Source: Octopus bimaculoides
Lineage: Eukaryota
Direction: 5' to 3'
Length of the DNA: 38,877 nucleotides
Assembly: GCF_001194135.2 (NCBI RefSeq)
Contig: NC_068994.1
Coordinates: forward strand, 9,482,417-9,521,293
The notes below the pieces were generated by a model that searched no databases, was not told where the DNA came from, and was given only the letters and a program-made list of their open reading frames with translations. This document shows positions 34,781-38,877 of the stretch, piece by piece. Both the position numbers and the translations under genes were made by a program. Positions within the stretch are counted from its first letter, which is position 1, and every line of letters starts with the position of its first letter.

Positions 34781-36202
34781 CCTGTTGACTAATTCAAAAA
34801 TACTATCCTCTCTAGATTGAACAGTTGTACCACAGACTCTAAGCCTTATAATTTACGGTCAAAGGGAAATAACTCTAAATTTACCACTGTGCTGCATTCT
34901 GTTTTCTCTTAAGTCTTCCGATTTTTAAACCTTCCATATTTTTTATCTACATCTTTCCTCGCTTTTTTTTTCTTATTCTCACGTCTCATTTTTAATTTGT
35001 AATGCCATGTGGGTAGTATCTGAAGAGACACCAGACGTATAAAATTATTGAGTTGCATGCTTTCATAACATGAATCTAATAGTAGCACATAAAAACATAG
35101 ACACTGTTTATTAAATAATATTTATCTCTCACCGGACGGTGTATATTTTTGCTGATCTTACATTCACAGAATATTACAAATTTGCGTATACAGATTTAAT
35201 CTGCGATCCATGGGACGAGCCGTTTTAAAGTTGCGTCCTGCCCGAAGCTCGTCGAAACGCCGGTGTTAAAACGTGGGTAGCTGATGAAGTAGAATGTTCT
35301 CTATGTGGCTCGTGTGTTCTCGTCTACGTTTGTTTGCAATGTCCTGTACCCAGATATGCACCTATACATACAGGTGGATGTCGGTATGCACATACCTGTA
35401 CGTATATATGCATATACTCATTTACTTTTGTTTTTACATGATTGAACGCAGCGTCTCACAAAAATTGTAAGTAGTTTTCGTAAACTTATCCTCCGACGCT
35501 ACTCTATCTCTTTCTCTTTCTCTCTCATTCCCCCCCCCCTCGTTCTTCCTCTGTACTACTACGTATNNNNNNNNNNNNNNNNNNNNNNNNNNNNNNNNNN
35601 NNNNNNNNNNNNNNNNNNNNNNNNNNNNNNNNNNNNNNNNNNNNNNNNNNNNNNNNNNNNNNNNNNNNNNNNNNNNNNNNNNNNNNNNNNNNNNNNNNNN
35701 NNNNNNNNNNAAAAAAAAAAAAAAAAAAAGAAGAGAGATATTGAATATATTGAAATTTAATATTAATTCATTTCAGCATTAAAAGCTATTTTTAACTTCT
35801 CATTTTCCTCCACAAAATTGAAAGTCATCCAATGGTATAACATATTTCAATAAAATAGTGTAAATGAAACTTAGGTGAAAACGTTCTAAAAAATTATTTC
35901 ATGAAAGTTCTGAAATGGTGGGATCCAACAAGTAAACTTTACAAAATTGAGACTTGTCAATGCATTTCCCAGTTTCTTTAAAAAGAAAAAGCAAAAATAA
36001 AAGAGAAAGAAAGTAAAAGAAATCCTTCACTTTAGATATGAGGATATTAAATTGCTAACAATAAATAACTTGCTATCTTTTGAAGAAGTCTCTCTGCTAT
36101 ATAAATAATTTATTATTCTTATCAATTTTTTCCCTTCAAAACCTGAGATTAAAGAAGGCAAATTTCCTTTTTTACAAGTTTCTTCTAATTATCTTACAAC
36201 AA

Positions 36203-36365
36203 ACACATACACACACACACATACACACACACAACATCGAGACTCCAATCAAAAGGCTTTGGTCGGATCGGGGCTCTAGTAAGCGTTAGTTTCCCACTTT
36301 TCACGCACCGGGACTGAAGGTAGAACCATATCTTTTGGAAGCAAAACACTTACAACACAACCGAG
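36203..36365 (-). mobile_element. Degraded 5' part of a tRNA-headed SINE (probably family C) running into (TG)n
   Basis: Minus strand ttgtgttgtaagtgttttgcttcc ... ttcagtcccggtgcgtg ... ccgaccaaagccttttgattgg; the family assignment is from recollection of an octopus consensus. Confidence 0.5.
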
Positions 36366-36653
36366 TTTACAGAAGTTATGATTTGTTATCAAATTGTAAA
36401 CAACAACAAAAAAAAATAGGTGTTAATTACAATGTAGAAAGGTTTGAAAGATTTGACCTACTAAAATTCCCCGTTCATTACTACATATGATATTAAACTT
36501 GAATATCAAACGATCCGGAATCAAAGGCAATTTCCAAAGTCATTATATATTTCATGGTTTTCTTTGAACTTCTATTTGTCTAATAGGTTAAAAATTACTT
36601 TGAAATATTACGAATTCTGTTAAATCATACAACTCCAGCAGGTTATTTTGGCA

Positions 36654-37045
36654 TGTTGTTGTTGTTGGCACTCCGTCGCTTACGACGTCGAGGGTTCCAG
36701 TCGATCCGATCAACGGAACAACCTGCCCGTGAAAATAACGTCCAAGTGGCTGAGCACTCCACTGACACGTGTACCCTTAACGTAGTTCTCAGGGATATTC
36801 AACGTGACACAGTGTGACAAGGCTGACCCTTTGAATTACAGGCACAACAGAAACAGGAAGTAAGAGTGAGAGAAAGTTGTGGTGGAAGAGTACAGCAGGG
36901 TTCGCCACCATCCCCTGCCGGAGCCTCGTGGAGCTTTTAGGTGTTTTCGCTCAATAAACACGCAAAAAACCCCCGCTCTGGGAATCGAAACCGCGATTCT
37001 ATGACCGCAAGTTCGCTGCCTTAGCCACTGGGCCATTGTGCCTCC
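36654..37045 (-). mobile_element. Apparently full-length tRNA(Arg)-like SINE (~390 bp) with (AAC)n tail; possibly the octopus OR1/OR2 type
   Basis: Minus strand box A TGGCCCAGTGG (37025-35) and box B GTTTCGATTCC (36981-91) with tRNA spacing; GC-richer body; tail caacaacaacaac at 36654-66. Confidence 0.8.
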
Positions 37046-38842
37046 ACAGGGTATTTGGCAAGAACGGCATAAGCAACATGCAAATACATAAATATAACCA
37101 ATCGAAAATATTGGAAGTATTGTAAATATTTTAAATATCTTCAATAACAAAGGAAACACTTTTGCTCATATTGCATTTTTAAATAGCAAGCTGTTGTTTT
37201 AACTGTTAAGGTGTCTGAAATATGTCCCTAAGGGCTCAAGTGAAGGAGATCTGATCTAATATATGCTAGTGTCGAAGTCAATGTGTTGATGATTTGCAAG
37301 TTAGAAAAAATCCGTCAAATATAATAAGGTTTGTTTTTACTGATTAAATCGAAGATCGGCTTGTTTGCAACTTGATTTACCGATTTAAGTGTAATGGAAA
37401 GCAGAAGCGACTTAATGAAAATTATTAATTATAATACTGAAATTAGAAGGAAAACAAACTTTATTGTGTAGAATAATCAGTATTCAGATAGAAATTTTAT
37501 TTTGTATGAATAGTCATATTTTCACTTTGATATATTAAAATTATGGAAGTTGAATCAATTGAATAGTGGCATTAAGCACGGCTGAGTAGTGTTTTATTAA
37601 TTGAATTGGTAACATTCGATGTTTGGCTGAAAAGACGGATGTTTGGAACTTGTCTGTTGAGTACCTGGAGGACTGATGTTTTGACTGGCGATATTGTTTA
37701 CTTTTGATTTATACAATATATAAATCAATATGTGTGCAATATCATTCGTTTGAAAATATTGTGTTGTGGGGATACAGGTTATTATATTTAATAAATGTAC
37801 TGTTTACTGTCAAGGGAGTAGATCTTAAAGGTTCTCACCTTCATTTCATATTCAATTAAAAAAAACAAAAAAACTTCAATTAAATAATAGAATTGATAAT
37901 TCCGAAAACATTGCACATTTGCTATTAAAATACTACATAGTTTTGTATTTTTTTCTGGCATTAGAATTACCTTTACAAAGCATTGAGGTTGTAATCGCTT
38001 GGTCACGGTGTTAATAATTGGATCGATTTAGCAGTGGCAGAATGGATGGGTTGCCAGATTTTAAATACCCTGATACCCTATATATCATGACCAAGTCCCA
38101 ACGAGTTCCTTGGAAAAGCGGTTGAATTGTCATAGCCTATCAAAATGTATATGCTATGTCTCAAGCTACTGCTATGTAGATGATGGAGATGATGACGTAA
38201 TTTACTCTAATATAACACAATCAATATATGCTATAAGAATATTTTGGTTTCGAGGTGTACGTCTTTCTTTCTTATATCTGTATACGAAATGGATATATCT
38301 TTAAGATCGGAAATGTGTATATGTATATAAGGTCTTGGACAAGGTACACTTACTGTGAATGTGAGAATGCTATTGTGGGAGAGTTAGTTTTCGTTTACGT
38401 ATCCATGCAAGACTATCAGCTTTTATAGTCCTTCCATAGAATATAGAATATGCAGAAATCACAAAGCGTAGTGATTCTAGTATACAAAAGCTATGGCTTA
38501 TCTTAACATATCTAGCTTATGTGTTTATGTGCATGCCTTTATATACACACACCTACATTTAACCCGTTTGTGTTCTTTATATGTGTGTGTGTGTGCGTGT
38601 GTGTGTGCGTGTAGGTGTGTGTGTGTGTGTTCTTGTGTGTGTGAGTGTATATGTGTGTATATTTATAGAAAACTATGCGTGTAGGTACTCCTTTGTGCTT
38701 TCTGCGTATTCATGCGTATTTAGCGAACACTATACATTTGATTGTTTGCGTACAGTGCAATCAATTTCGCTCTCAAACTATTTCATACAAACAAAACGCT
38801 CACATACGCGCACACGTATACACGTATACATACATAGATAAA

Positions 38843-38877
<35 letters not shown>

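Noticed and set aside
36975-37045. tRNA gene (also 5170-5238)
   Set aside because: Boxes A and B are present but I cannot close an acceptor stem, and the sequence runs into a SINE body; these are tRNA-derived heads.

Overview
AT-rich, microsatellite-dense eukaryotic DNA with seven N gaps, most abutting microsatellites. The repeat families resemble those I recall from octopus genomes; this is pattern recognition, not a database result. I cannot support any intact protein-coding, tRNA or rRNA gene, and nearly all ORFs in the supplied track come from microsatellites, gaps or SINEs. The window looks intronic or intergenic. It contains about 14 copies of one tRNA-headed SINE (four as head-to-tail pairs), further SINE families, a pogo/Tigger-type MITE with an expanded subterminal array, and two inverted copies of a ~560-bp unclassified repeat. 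There are decayed fragments of an R4/Dong-like LINE, a pogo transposase and possibly a Mutator-like transposase. The most interesting signals are two different minimal type I hammerhead ribozyme motifs of the Penelope-like kind (12877-12913 and 18680-18725), both with a loopless palindromic ACGU helix III, plus two long hairpins and a (TAA)n-embedded element with duplicated compound-microsatellite flanks. Degraded repeat boundaries and identities are by-eye estimates.
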